From NCBI GenBank assembly GCA_963825585.1, contig CAWGTX010000006.1, forward strand, positions 387,905-451,904: a DNA stretch of 64,000 bases, given 5' to 3'. A model generated the notes under the pieces. That model saw nothing but the letters and a program-made list of their open reading frames with translations, did no database searches and was not told the origin of the DNA. Positions 9,921 through 18,595 of the stretch are shown here, piece after piece (the stretch's first letter is position 1; each line of letters starts with the position of its first letter). This DNA is from an uncultured bacterium. GTDB taxonomy: Bacteria > Actinomycetota > Acidimicrobiia > Spongiisociales > ZC4RG35. The position numbers were made by a program, and so were the translations under genes.

Positions 9921-11100
9921 CCGCCCGAACAGGTCGATCGAGTGATGTGCGGGAGCGGTTTTGGGTGGTGGCGATCGTTCTCAGCGGATACTCGATGTTC
10001 GCTGCATGGACGTTGCCGTTCAGTGCCGATGCTCTGACGAATGCGCTCACCGCGTGGCACCTCGGCGTTCGGGGCACACCGTTCCTGACCGGTGCCGAGG
10101 CCGGCGACATGTGGATCGTCGAGGGAGCGCGGGGCCCTGTCTCCAGTACCCGCCCGGCACGGCCCTGATGGCGGCTCCCGTCTACGGCCTGGTTCGGCCT
10201 CCCCTCGATACGGAAGTCACCGCCAGGCGCAACGCCGACACCGCGCCCTACACCTTCCTGGCGCCACCCGTGTGGCCGGCGACCCTCACGGCAGTCATCA
10301 CCAGTGCTTTGGTGGCCTTCTTCCTGCTCATGGCGCTCCAACAGCTGAATACCCCACCCCGAGTGCGTGTCGCTGCAGTCTTCGTGGCGAGCTTCGGAAC
10401 GGGACTCTTCAGCGTCGCCTCGAACGCTCTCTGGCAGCACGGACCCGCCGCCCTGGTGCTGGCAGCAGGATTCTGGTTCATGAGTCGCGACCGTCTCCGC
10501 ATTGCCGCCGTCGTCTTCGGGTCGCTCGGAGTCGTGCGTCCGCTCGCCCTGGTGATCCCGGCCGTAGCTGCAATGGTGCTCGCCGCGGAGCGTCGGAGCG
10601 TTCGGCCCCTGCTGGACATGTCGCTGGCCGGGTGGGGTGTGGGCGCCCTGGTGCTCTACAACCGGTGGGTCTTCGGTGCCTTGGCGTTGACGCCCGGGTA
10701 CGACTCGACCGGACTGCGACCGCCGGAAGGACTGGAGGCTCTGCTCGGCAATGTGCTGTCCGGTTTCGTCGATCCGCACCGTGGCCTGTTGATGGTCTCG
10801 CCGTTTCTCGTGCCGTTGGCAGTCGGACTGCCGGGAGCCTGGCGTTCGGCGAGTGCCGCTGTGCGCGGTGCCGCCCTGGGTGGGCTCGTGTACTTCCTGG
10901 TCCACCTCACGCTCAACCGATTCACGGGCGGTGGCGGCTTCTTCGGCTACCGGTACCCGATAGAGGCTCTGGTGGCAGGTGTTCCGCTCCTCACCCACTC
11001 CTACCAGGCAGTGGCCCACTCACGGATCGTACGGATGATGGTCTTCCTCGGCGTGTGTGGCGGGGTCGGACTCCAGGTCGCCGGGTCACTGTCCAGCTGA
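9917..11100 (+). CDS. GT-C-like polytopic membrane protein, paralog B. One frameshift at about 10140-10150; otherwise intact.
   Basis: ATG 9917 (MTARTG...). Frame 2 reads up to '...IVEGARGPVS', then frame 1 continues 'QYPPGTALMAAPVYG...' to 11100. The shift fits one missing C in a 'tcc cag' run. About 10 TM helices with conserved motifs shared with paralog A. Confidence 0.6.
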
Positions 11101-13040
11101 GCCGTCTCCGAGGTCCGCCAGATCGAGTTGGAACGTTGTGTGCACGGCCCGATCGGGTGGCCGGGTGAGAGTCGACTGCCAGTACCGAGTGCTGAGCGTC
11201 GGCAGCTGGCGCGCGCCGGGCATTCCCGGCTCCGAAGATCTGATCATCACCACGCCCGCAACGTCTCCAATCCGATCTGCGACCGAATCCATCCGATCGG
11301 GGGTCACGCCCGCAACACTCACCCCGCACCACGCCCGTAGGGGCGGCCCGAGGCGCCAGGAAAGCGGCACCGCCGGGTCGTCGTCCACAACGAGCACTGC
11401 CGCCCCGTCGAGCTGCCGACAGACCGAATGCATCCACTCTTCCGTGCCGGCACCTTCTCGCTCGTCCCAGAGCGGCAGACGCGGTCGATATCGGCTGGAA
11501 GGTCAGCAGTGTCGCCGCCATGAGAGGAACGAGAGGAGCAGGGCCGAAACGGAATCGGCTGGTGAGCCAGCCTGCCACCACCATCGCCGAGATCAGGAAC
11601 CCGGGGATCACGATTGGAAGAAATCGGCGCATCGCCCAAATGTGGTCGGGGTTGATGGAAGGGCGGTAGATGTACACGGCCGCGGGAACCAGTAGCGACA
11701 GACAGGCCGTCCTCACAGACCAGGACATGTCCCTCCCCAGCGCCCGGAAAACCGCAGCCGCAACGCCAAGGCACCCGAGGAGCAGGATTGGAACACCGAC
11801 GTACCAACTGAGCCACTCCATCGAGAATTCGGCGTACGTGCGGGTCGCATCGATCGGTAGGCCCTCCCGTCGCTGGATCTCCTCGAGGGCGTAGGGAAAC
11901 GCAGCCCGCGCCTCTCCCGTGCTCGGCCTGAACAACCAGGCGAACATCAGAAGTCCCACGACTCCGAGAGCTCCGACCGTTTGCCCGACTCTTCTCGACC
12001 AGCCTCTGACAGGCCATGCCGCCACCACTCTGCCTGCCAGCGGCGCGATCAACCGGACGATGAGGGTGGTCGCTACGAGTGCCTGGAACTGCGCGCCGAG
12101 GATGAAGACGTAGGGAAATGAGAAGCCCACGATGTCGACGATTCCGAGGAGGCTGATGATGAGGAAACCCCGCCACAGCCGTTCGGCCACGTGCCGGTTG
12201 GCGGCGTCGGCCTCGAGGTGGGTCCAGACCACCAACAGGGCCAAAGCCAGGCCCGATGTCCAGCCGTCGACTCTCACCAACGCAGTACCTCCGAGCAGCA
12301 ATCCGGCTCCGAAGGCGAAACGACCGTCGTCGTCGAAGGCACGGGTTGCCACCCAGAGACCCGCGATTCCGAGCGCGAAGGGACGTCGCCTCGCTGAACG
12401 TTGCTCTCGTGAAGTAGATGAACGGGAGCGTCACCGACAATGTCAACGACGCCAAGGTGGCCCACCACGGTGTCGTGAATCGGCGAGCGAGCGCATACAT
12501 GGCGCCGATCGAAAGACCTCCGATGATGGGGTTGACCCAGTACATCGCCGCCGTTCCGCCGAGCTCGCCGACCGTGGCGAGCACCGTCGAGGTGGCGTGA
12601 AGGAACTGTTGCCAGAATCGGCCATCATCACGGGGGACGAATCCAGGGCTCTGGAACTCCAGTCCATCGACGCCGACGAAGGGTGCCTCGACGGCGGTTG
12701 GGAAGAGGTCGGTGCCGTCGATCAGGAACGCAGCTGTGTTGGCGTAGGTGGCGCCGTCTCTGCCCGCAATGACGAGCTCGGTGTGCAGCGAGCCCGAGGT
12801 CAGCATCACGAGGATCGAGGCGGCAATCACCACGACGCCCGCCGAGGCGGATCCCGCTACCGGTGCATGAAGGGCGGTGGGAAGGCGGTGGCGGACCGCC
12901 AGCGCAACGGGGATGGCCAGCGGGAGGTGCAGGTACCACCGGTGCTGACCAACCATTGCCAGCACCAGGCCTGACCAGCAGCAACGCCAGGAGGATCGAC
13001 GACCCGCCGGCGACGCAGGACGCCACCATCCGATCGACAA
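11086..13040 (-). pseudogene. Large polytopic membrane protein, putative GT-C-type glycosyl/arabinosyl-transferase-like. Spans three frames with 2 frameshifts.
   Basis: N-terminal 215 aa (13040 to about 12395) are membrane-like. After a frame switch, a 300-aa membrane segment follows (12352 to about 11450, 'MATRAFDDDGRFAFGAGLLLGG...'). After a second switch comes a soluble C-terminal domain (11433 to 11086, '...LDGAAVLVVDDDPAVPLSW...'). The remainders of each raw ORF are low-complexity. Sits immediately downstream of uvrB. Confidence 0.55.
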
Positions 13041-13045
13041 CAGCG

Positions 13046-15049
13046 TCAGCGCGACTCGGTGACCTGCCTGAGCTCTCGCTTGAGCTCATTGATCTCGTCT
13101 CTGAGTCTGGCTGCATATTCGAACCGGAGCTCCTTGGCGGCCTCGTGCATCTCGTCTTCGAGCGAGAGGATAAGCCGGGTCATGTCGTCGCCGGCGATGT
13201 CGAGTGACCGGCGATGGACGTCGTTCGCTCTTCGATCGGTACGTCCCGTGTTCGACTGAACGAGTTCGAGGATGTCGGACACCTGCTTGCGGATCGTCTG
13301 TGGGTCGATGCCGTGTTCCTCGTTGTACACCCGCTGCAACCGCCTGCGGCGGTTGGTCTCGTTGATGGCCCGCTGCATCGAATCGGTGACCTGGTCGGCG
13401 TACATGATCACCTGGCCGTCGACGTTGCGGGCGGCCCGTCCGATGATCTGGATCAGCGACGTCTCGGACCGGAGGAAGCCTTCCTTGTCGGCGTCGAGGA
13501 TCGCCACCAACGACACCTCGGGCAGGTCCAGGCCCTCTCGCAGCAGGTTGATGCCCACCAGCACGTCGAACTCGCCCAATCTGAGATCACGGAGCAGGGC
13601 GATGCGTTCGAGCGTGTCGATCTCGCTGTGGAGGTAGCGGGCACGCACGCCCATCTCCAGGAAGTAGTCGGTGAGATCCTCGGCCATCTTCTTGGTGAGG
13701 GTGGTGACGAGGATGCGCTGATCGTTGACGGCTCGCTCCCGGATCTCGCCGAGGAGATCGTCGATCTGACGTTTGGTGGGCCGGACCATCACCTCTGGGT
13801 CGATCAGCCCGGTGGGGCGGACGATCTGTTCCACCACCTTCTTGGAGTGCTCCCGCTCGAAGGGACCCGGTGTGGCCGACAGGAAGATGATCTGCTTGGA
13901 ACGGTCGAGCCACTCGTCGAAACGGAGTGGTCGGTTGTCCATCGCCGAGGGCAGCCGGAAGCCGTGCTCGACCAGCATGTCCTTGCGGCTCCGGTCACCC
14001 TCGTACTGGCCGCCGATCTGGGGAACCGTCACGTGAGACTCGTCGAGCACCATCAGGAAGTCGTCGGGGAAGTAATCCAGCAGGGTGTACGGGGCCTCGC
14101 CCGGCGAGCGCCCATCCAGATGACGTGAGTAGTTCTCGATACCCGAGCAGAACCCGACCTCCCGCAGCATCTCGAGGTCGTAGGCGGTGCGCATTCGTAG
14201 CCGTTGGGCTTCCAACAGCTTGTCCTTGCGCTCGAGTTCGGCCAGCCGCTCCTCGAGCTCGGCTTCAATCGAGCCGATCGCCTTCTCCATCCGTTCCCGC
14301 TCGGTGACGTAGTGGCTGGCGGGGAAGATGAACAGCTCGCGAAGCTCCTCGATCACCTCACCGGTAACCGGGTCCATGCGGAGGATGCGGTCGACCTCGT
14401 CGCCGAAGAACTCGACCCGGGAGATCGTCTCTTCATAGGAGGGAAACACCTCGAGGGTGTCGCCCTTGACCCGGAACTTCCCTCGTACCAGGTTGATCTC
14501 GTTGCGTTCATACTGGATGTCGACGAGGCGACGGACCGCCGCCTGCATCGGGTACTCCACCCCCTGCACCAGGCGCAACAGCTGCCCTTCATACTGGTCG
14601 GGCGATCCGAGGCCGTAGATGCACGAGACCGAGGCGACGATGATGACGTCGCGGCGGGTCAGCAACGCCGAGGTGGCGGCGTGGCGGAGCCGGTCGATCT
14701 CGTCGTTGACCGTGGCGTCCTTCTCGATGTAGGTGTCGGTCTGGGGGAGGTACGCCTCGGGCTGGTAGTAGTCGTAGTACGACACGAAGTACTCCACCCG
14801 ATTCTCGGGGAAGAACTGGCGGTACTCATTGGCGAGCTGGGCGGCGAGCGCCTTGTTGGGTGCCAGGATCAGGGTGGGGCGCTGCACCTTCTCGATCGTC
14901 CATGCGATCGTGGCCGACTTGCCGGAACCGGTGATCCCGAGCAGCGTCTGGAACCGCTCCCCGGCCAGCACGCCTGTGCTCAGCTCTTCGATGGCCTTGG
15001 GCTGGTCGCCGGCGGGCGAGAACTCGGAGTGCAGTCGGAACTCGGACAT
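13046..15049 (-). CDS. uvrB: Excinuclease ABC subunit B
   Basis: '[26 protein letters not shown]...[10 protein letters not shown]...' is the canonical UvrB N-terminus, helicase motifs and C-terminal UvrB/UvrC interaction coil. Start is taken at ATG 15049. The listed 15097 start is TTG and would cover the SOS box. Confidence 0.95.
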   Translation of the reverse strand: MSEFRLHSEFSPAGDQPKAIEELSTGVLAGERFQTLLGITGSGKSATIAWTIEKVQRPTLILAPNKALAAQLANEYRQFFPENRVEYFVSYYDYYQPEAYLPQTDTYIEKDATVNDEIDRLRHAATSALLTRRDVIIVASVSCIYGLGSPDQYEGQLLRLVQGVEYPMQAAVRRLVDIQYERNEINLVRGKFRVKGDTLEVFPSYEETISRVEFFGDEVDRILRMDPVTGEVIEELRELFIFPASHYVTERERMEKAIGSIEAELEERLAELERKDKLLEAQRLRMRTAYDLEMLREVGFCSGIENYSRHLDGRSPGEAPYTLLDYFPDDFLMVLDESHVTVPQIGGQYEGDRSRKDMLVEHGFRLPSAMDNRPLRFDEWLDRSKQIIFLSATPGPFEREHSKKVVEQIVRPTGLIDPEVMVRPTKRQIDDLLGEIRERAVNDQRILVTTLTKKMAEDLTDYFLEMGVRARYLHSEIDTLERIALLRDLRLGEFDVLVGINLLREGLDLPEVSLVAILDADKEGFLRSETSLIQIIGRAARNVDGQVIMYADQVTDSMQRAINETNRRRRLQRVYNEEHGIDPQTIRKQVSDILELVQSNTGRTDRRANDVHRRSLDIAGDDMTRLILSLEDEMHEAAKELRFEYAARLRDEINELKRELRQVTESR

Positions 15050-15071
15050 CGGGCGCCAGTGTACCAATGGA

Positions 15072-15087
15072 TCGAACCGATGTTCGA
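15072..15087. promoter_or_regulatory. LexA/SOS box TCGAACcgatGTTCGA, perfect actinobacterial Cheo-box type, 23 nt upstream of the uvrB start
   Basis: Exact palindrome tcgaac-cgat-gttcga read directly from the sequence. Confidence 0.6.
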
Positions 15088-15130
15088 TGCGAGGCAAGGG
15101 GGGCCGACAGCGGCTGAGGGGCAGGCCAAC

Positions 15131-15162
15131 GGCTGCTGGCTACTGGCTTCTGGCTGCTGGCC
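15131..15162. repeat. Heptamer tandem repeat (CTGGCTN)x4, a member of a dispersed repeat family
   Basis: ggctg ctggcta ctggctt ctggctg ctggcc. The same family occurs at 50693-50725 and, inverted, at 50803-50836. Confidence 0.6.
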
Positions 15163-15225
15163 GACTCATTCAGCTGATGAACTCGACGACGAAGAGTGTG
15201 TCGCTCCCGAGCCGTCGGATTCTCG

Positions 15226-15260
15226 CTTCTGGCTCCTCGCTCCTTGCTCCTGGCTCCTGG
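15226..15260. repeat. Heptamer tandem repeat variant (CTCCTGG-like x5), 13 nt downstream of the coaE stop
   Basis: cttctgg ctcctcg ctccttg ctcctgg ctcctgg. Confidence 0.5.
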
Positions 15261-15272
15261 ATCGGCGTGGTG

Positions 15273-15905
15273 TCAGTCGCCAGTCTGCAGTCGGAGCCAG
15301 ACGGCGTCGACCTGGTCCTCGAGTTGATCGAGGTCTCCGTCGTTGTCGATGACGACGTCCCCCGGCTTCACCCAGTCCGACGCGGCCGGTTGGGCGGCGA
15401 TGCGTTGTTCGAGTTCTTCGACCGTGAGACCCCGGTCGAGCAGACGACGGCGACGGATCGGCTCCGAGGCGACCACCACGATCCGCCCCCATCGGGGATC
15501 GATGGGAAGGTGGGGCACCGACACCTCGACCACAGCCACGGGGGCGGTCGACGCATCCACCAGTTCGCGGAGTCGGGCGACGATGAGCGGGTGTGTGATC
15601 GCCTCGAGTTCGGCGAGTTGTGCCGGGTCCGAGAACACGATGGCACCGAGCATGCGGCGATCGATCTTGTCATCGACCACCACCTCGGGCCAGCGGGCCG
15701 CAACCAGTGGGAACGCCGGGCCCGAGGGGTCGATCACGCCGTGTCCGATCCGGTCGGCGTCGATGACCCTGGCACCCCTGGCGGCGAGAAGGGAGCCAAC
15801 AGTGGACTTCCCCGTCCCGATCGCTCCGGTCAACGTCCACGTGTCGGCATGTTTCTGCACGGTCACCAAGGTAGCCTCTCGGAATGCTTGCGGTCGACGT
15901 TCCAT
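15273..15905 (-). CDS. coaE: Dephospho-CoA kinase
   Basis: P-loop 'TLTGAIGTGKST' followed by 'ITHPLI'. The true start is probably an internal GTG near 15860-15866. Confidence 0.85.
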   Translation of the reverse strand: MERRPQAFREATLVTVQKHADTWTLTGAIGTGKSTVGSLLAARGARVIDADRIGHGVIDPSGPAFPLVAARWPEVVVDDKIDRRMLGAIVFSDPAQLAELEAITHPLIVARLRELVDASTAPVAVVEVSVPHLPIDPRWGRIVVVASEPIRRRRLLDRGLTVEELEQRIAAQPAASDWVKPGDVVIDNDGDLDQLEDQVDAVWLRLQTGD

Positions 15906-17380
15906 CCGAACAACGCGTCACCGTCGTCGTGGTGATCGCGACCTGGGTGGCGCTGGCGGTCGGCATCTTCACATCGGTGCTCGCCCGGGACGTGGACATC
16001 AACGTCGCCCTGGGAGGCGCCGGAGCGGGCGCTCTCTGGGTCCTGGCCGTCACGGTGCTCCCACACGCAGCCATCCGGCGGCCGTTGGTACTCGAGGGCA
16101 TCACGTTGTTCGGAGTGGCCACCACCATCATCGCAGTGGCGCTCACCGGCACCATCGACAGCCAGTTCCTCCTCTTGTCGGTGACGCCCACGATGTATGC
16201 GGCCATCCACGGCGGGTTCCGGGTGGGACTGGGAACGGCCGGTCTCTCCGCCCTCCTGCTCGGGGTGGTCACCTTCGCTCAGGGAGCGCCCGTCCTCTCG
16301 GCCGTCACCAACATGGCGTTGTACGTGGCGGTGGGAGCGACGATCGCCCAGATTCGCCGCCTGCTGCTCGACGTCCAACGCCGGTCTGCTGCACTCGAGA
16401 AGTCCTCGCTCGAGAGCGAACAGCGGCTTCAGAGCCTCGAGGGGGCTCACACGCTGCTCGCGCGGCTGGCGGACATCACCGGATCGGCGGACACCAGCCC
16501 GATGGCGATTGCAAGGTCGGCCCTCGAGATGGTGTGCAGCGCCTATCCGGATAGTGCTGCAGTCGCTGCCATCAGCGGCGAGGACGGTCCGATCATGGTT
16601 GCCAAACAGGGCGTCGCGCCAGAGCCGAGTGTCGACAGCACGGTGCGGCTGGCGGTCGGAGGCACCGAGGTCGGCCACGTGACGGTGCGAACCGCCAGGG
16701 CGCTCAGCCGCGGCGAGATCGAGGGTCTCGAGACGTCGTTGCGGCCACTGGCGCTGGCGTTCTCCAACGCCCGATTGCTCCAGAACATCACCGGAAGTGC
16801 CGTGAAGGCCGAGCGGGTTCGCTTGGCGCGGGAACTCCACGACGAGATCGGCCCGAGCCTGGCCTCGTTGGGGTTGGCTCTCGACCTGGCGCTCGTGCAG
16901 AGCGCATCGCAGAGTGAGCTCACCGGGCACATCGAACAGCTCCGAAGCCGCGTGACCGACCTGGTCGACGAGGTTCGCTCGACCGTGTCGGACCTGCGCA
17001 CAGGCAAGGCGACGACGCTGAAAGTGGCGGTAGACCGCCTGTTGGCTGACACCGGGACAGATCTCGAGGTCAGGTTCGAGGTGGATGAACGCCGACCGGT
17101 GCGTCCATCGCTCAACGAAGCCGTGTTGGGAATCACCGGAGAGGCACTCCGGAATGCAATACTGCACTCCGGTGCGAGTACCGTCCGGCTCTCGGGCTGG
17201 ATCGACTTCGACCGGGGAAAGGTCGTCATCGAAGACGATGGTCACGGATTCGACCCCTCCGACCTCCCCAAGGGGCATTTTGGGGTGCTGGGAATGAGAG
17301 AACGTGCTGCGGATGCCGGTCTGGCGCTCGATCTGACGAGCGGCGCCACCGGCACCCGGGTACTGATCGAGTGGAGCTGA
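15884..17380 (+). CDS. Sensor histidine kinase, NarL/LuxR-partner type (HisKA_3 + HATPase_c) with an N-terminal multi-TM sensor
   Basis: H-box 'ARELHDEIGPSLASL'. C-terminal ATPase region 'LGITGEALRNAILHSGAS...DDGHGF...GVLGMRERA'. About 5 TM helices in the first 170 aa. Confidence 0.85.
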   Translation: MLAVDVPSEQRVTVVVVIATWVALAVGIFTSVLARDVDINVALGGAGAGALWVLAVTVLPHAAIRRPLVLEGITLFGVATTIIAVALTGTIDSQFLLLSVTPTMYAAIHGGFRVGLGTAGLSALLLGVVTFAQGAPVLSAVTNMALYVAVGATIAQIRRLLLDVQRRSAALEKSSLESEQRLQSLEGAHTLLARLADITGSADTSPMAIARSALEMVCSAYPDSAAVAAISGEDGPIMVAKQGVAPEPSVDSTVRLAVGGTEVGHVTVRTARALSRGEIEGLETSLRPLALAFSNARLLQNITGSAVKAERVRLARELHDEIGPSLASLGLALDLALVQSASQSELTGHIEQLRSRVTDLVDEVRSTVSDLRTGKATTLKVAVDRLLADTGTDLEVRFEVDERRPVRPSLNEAVLGITGEALRNAILHSGASTVRLSGWIDFDRGKVVIEDDGHGFDPSDLPKGHFGVLGMRERAADAGLALDLTSGATGTRVLIEWS

Positions 17381-17381
17381 C

Positions 17382-18017
17382 ATGATCAGGGTCGCAATCG
17401 GTGACGACCATCAGATGTTCGCCGAGGGCATGCGCGATGCGCTGCACGCCGTTCCCGACTTCCGGGTGGTAGGCATCGCGGGCGACGCCGAAGCGCTCAT
17501 CGCCATCACCCGGGTCGAACCGGTCGACGTCGCCCTCATCGACCTCGAGATGCCCGGCGGGGGCGGCTTGGCGGCTCTGGCCGGAATCGACGACGACACC
17601 GTCGGGTTGATCGTCACGATGCACATCTCACCCGAGACTCTCGATCGGGCGACCGAGTCGGGTGCCGTGGGTGTGTTCTCCAAGGGTGCGCCACTCTCGG
17701 AGCTGTCGTCGGGGATCAGGGCGGCGGCGTCGGGGGCGATCATCCCTCACGTCGGTCCGGAACGAACCGAACTCCTGAAGGCACACTCGGCCGCCGTGGT
17801 CGACCCGGGGGCAGCGAGCCTCACCGACCGCGAAGTGGAACTCCTCAGCCTGCTGGCGACCGGCGTGTCCTCGACCGAGGACCTGGCCGATCGGCTCTAC
17901 ATCTCGCAGAAGACGGTGAAGAACCATCTGGCATCGATCTACACCAAGCTGTCGGTGAGCGACCGGACGCAGGCCGCAATCGAGGCGATCCGGCTCGGTT
18001 TCGCTCGGCCCAAATAG
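17382..18017 (+). CDS. Response regulator, NarL/LuxR family (REC + LuxR HTH)
   Basis: 'IRVAIGDDHQMF...VALIDLEMPGGGG' forms the REC domain with the phospho-acceptor Asp. 'LTDREVELLSLLATGVSSTEDLADRLYISQKTVKNHLASIYTKL' forms the LuxR HTH. Confidence 0.9.
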   Translation: MIRVAIGDDHQMFAEGMRDALHAVPDFRVVGIAGDAEALIAITRVEPVDVALIDLEMPGGGGLAALAGIDDDTVGLIVTMHISPETLDRATESGAVGVFSKGAPLSELSSGIRAAASGAIIPHVGPERTELLKAHSAAVVDPGAASLTDREVELLSLLATGVSSTEDLADRLYISQKTVKNHLASIYTKLSVSDRTQAAIEAIRLGFARPK

Positions 18018-18122
18018 CACAATTGGCGACGTTGTGCCAAATAGTCCGAGCGACCCATGGCGGCCCACCAGACGCTCGGTAGCTTGTGTACCTGCAAGCC
18101 GCTTTATTACAGGAGGTCCAAC

Positions 18123-18299
18123 ATGCTTGCTCTCTGGACGAAAGTCACCAACTGGATGTCGGACGAGGAGAAGGGTGCTTCCATGGTGGAGTACGCCCTG
18201 CTCGTGGCTCTGATCGCCATCATCGCGATCGTGGCCGTTACCGCCACCGGCCGCGCCGTTTCGGACCAGTTCGGCTCGATCGCTGCGACCCTGAACTGA
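18123..18299 (+). CDS. flp: Flp-family type IVb pilin (prepilin), copy 1
   Basis: 58 aa. Flp motif 'EEKG|ASMVEYALLVALIAIIAIV' with the G/xxMVEY cleavage site. RBS aggagg is 6 nt upstream. Confidence 0.85.
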   Translation: MLALWTKVTNWMSDEEKGASMVEYALLVALIAIIAIVAVTATGRAVSDQFGSIAATLN

Positions 18300-18328
18300 T
18301 CCGACAGGCCAAGGCAAGGAGCAACCCG

Positions 18329-18490
18329 ATGCGGTCATTGGATGAGAGGGAAGAGGGTGCCTCGATGGTCGAGTACGCCCTGCTCGTCGCTCTCATAGCT
18401 CTCGTGGCCGTCAGCGCCGTGACCTTCTTCGGAGAGTCGCTCAGCTCTGAGTTCGGGAGCATTGCTTCGACGATCGGCGCGGTCAACTGA
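18329..18490 (+). CDS. flp: Flp-family type IVb pilin (prepilin), copy 2
   Basis: 53 aa. 'REEG|ASMVEYALLVALIALVAV'. RBS aaggag is 7 nt upstream. Confidence 0.85.
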   Translation: MRSLDEREEGASMVEYALLVALIALVAVSAVTFFGESLSSEFGSIASTIGAVN

Positions 18491-18516
18491 CTGCGTAGAA
18501 CGTCTGCCGTAACGTG

Positions 18517-18546
18517 GTGAGGGCCCGCCGAAAGGCGGGCCCTCAC
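18517..18546. terminator. Bidirectional stem-loop between the convergent flp2 gene and the tad operon (13-bp perfect GC-rich stem, GAAA loop)
   Basis: gtgagggcccgcc-gaaa-ggcgggccctcac. A weak T/A tract follows on the + side. Confidence 0.6.
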
Positions 18547-18595
18547 TTACGTTTCTCCCCAGCGCTCCGACGTTTCCCTGTATGGACCGCTACGG

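Noticed and set aside
9745-11019. 424-aa minus-strand ORF
   Set aside because: It is antisense to GT-C paralog B and rich in R/H/G/E with no hydrophobic structure. This is a GC artefact.
12132-12974. 280-aa + strand ORF
   Set aside because: It is antisense to membrane gene C and low-complexity.
15863-17383. 506-aa minus-strand ORF
   Set aside because: It is antisense to the sensor kinase and low-complexity.
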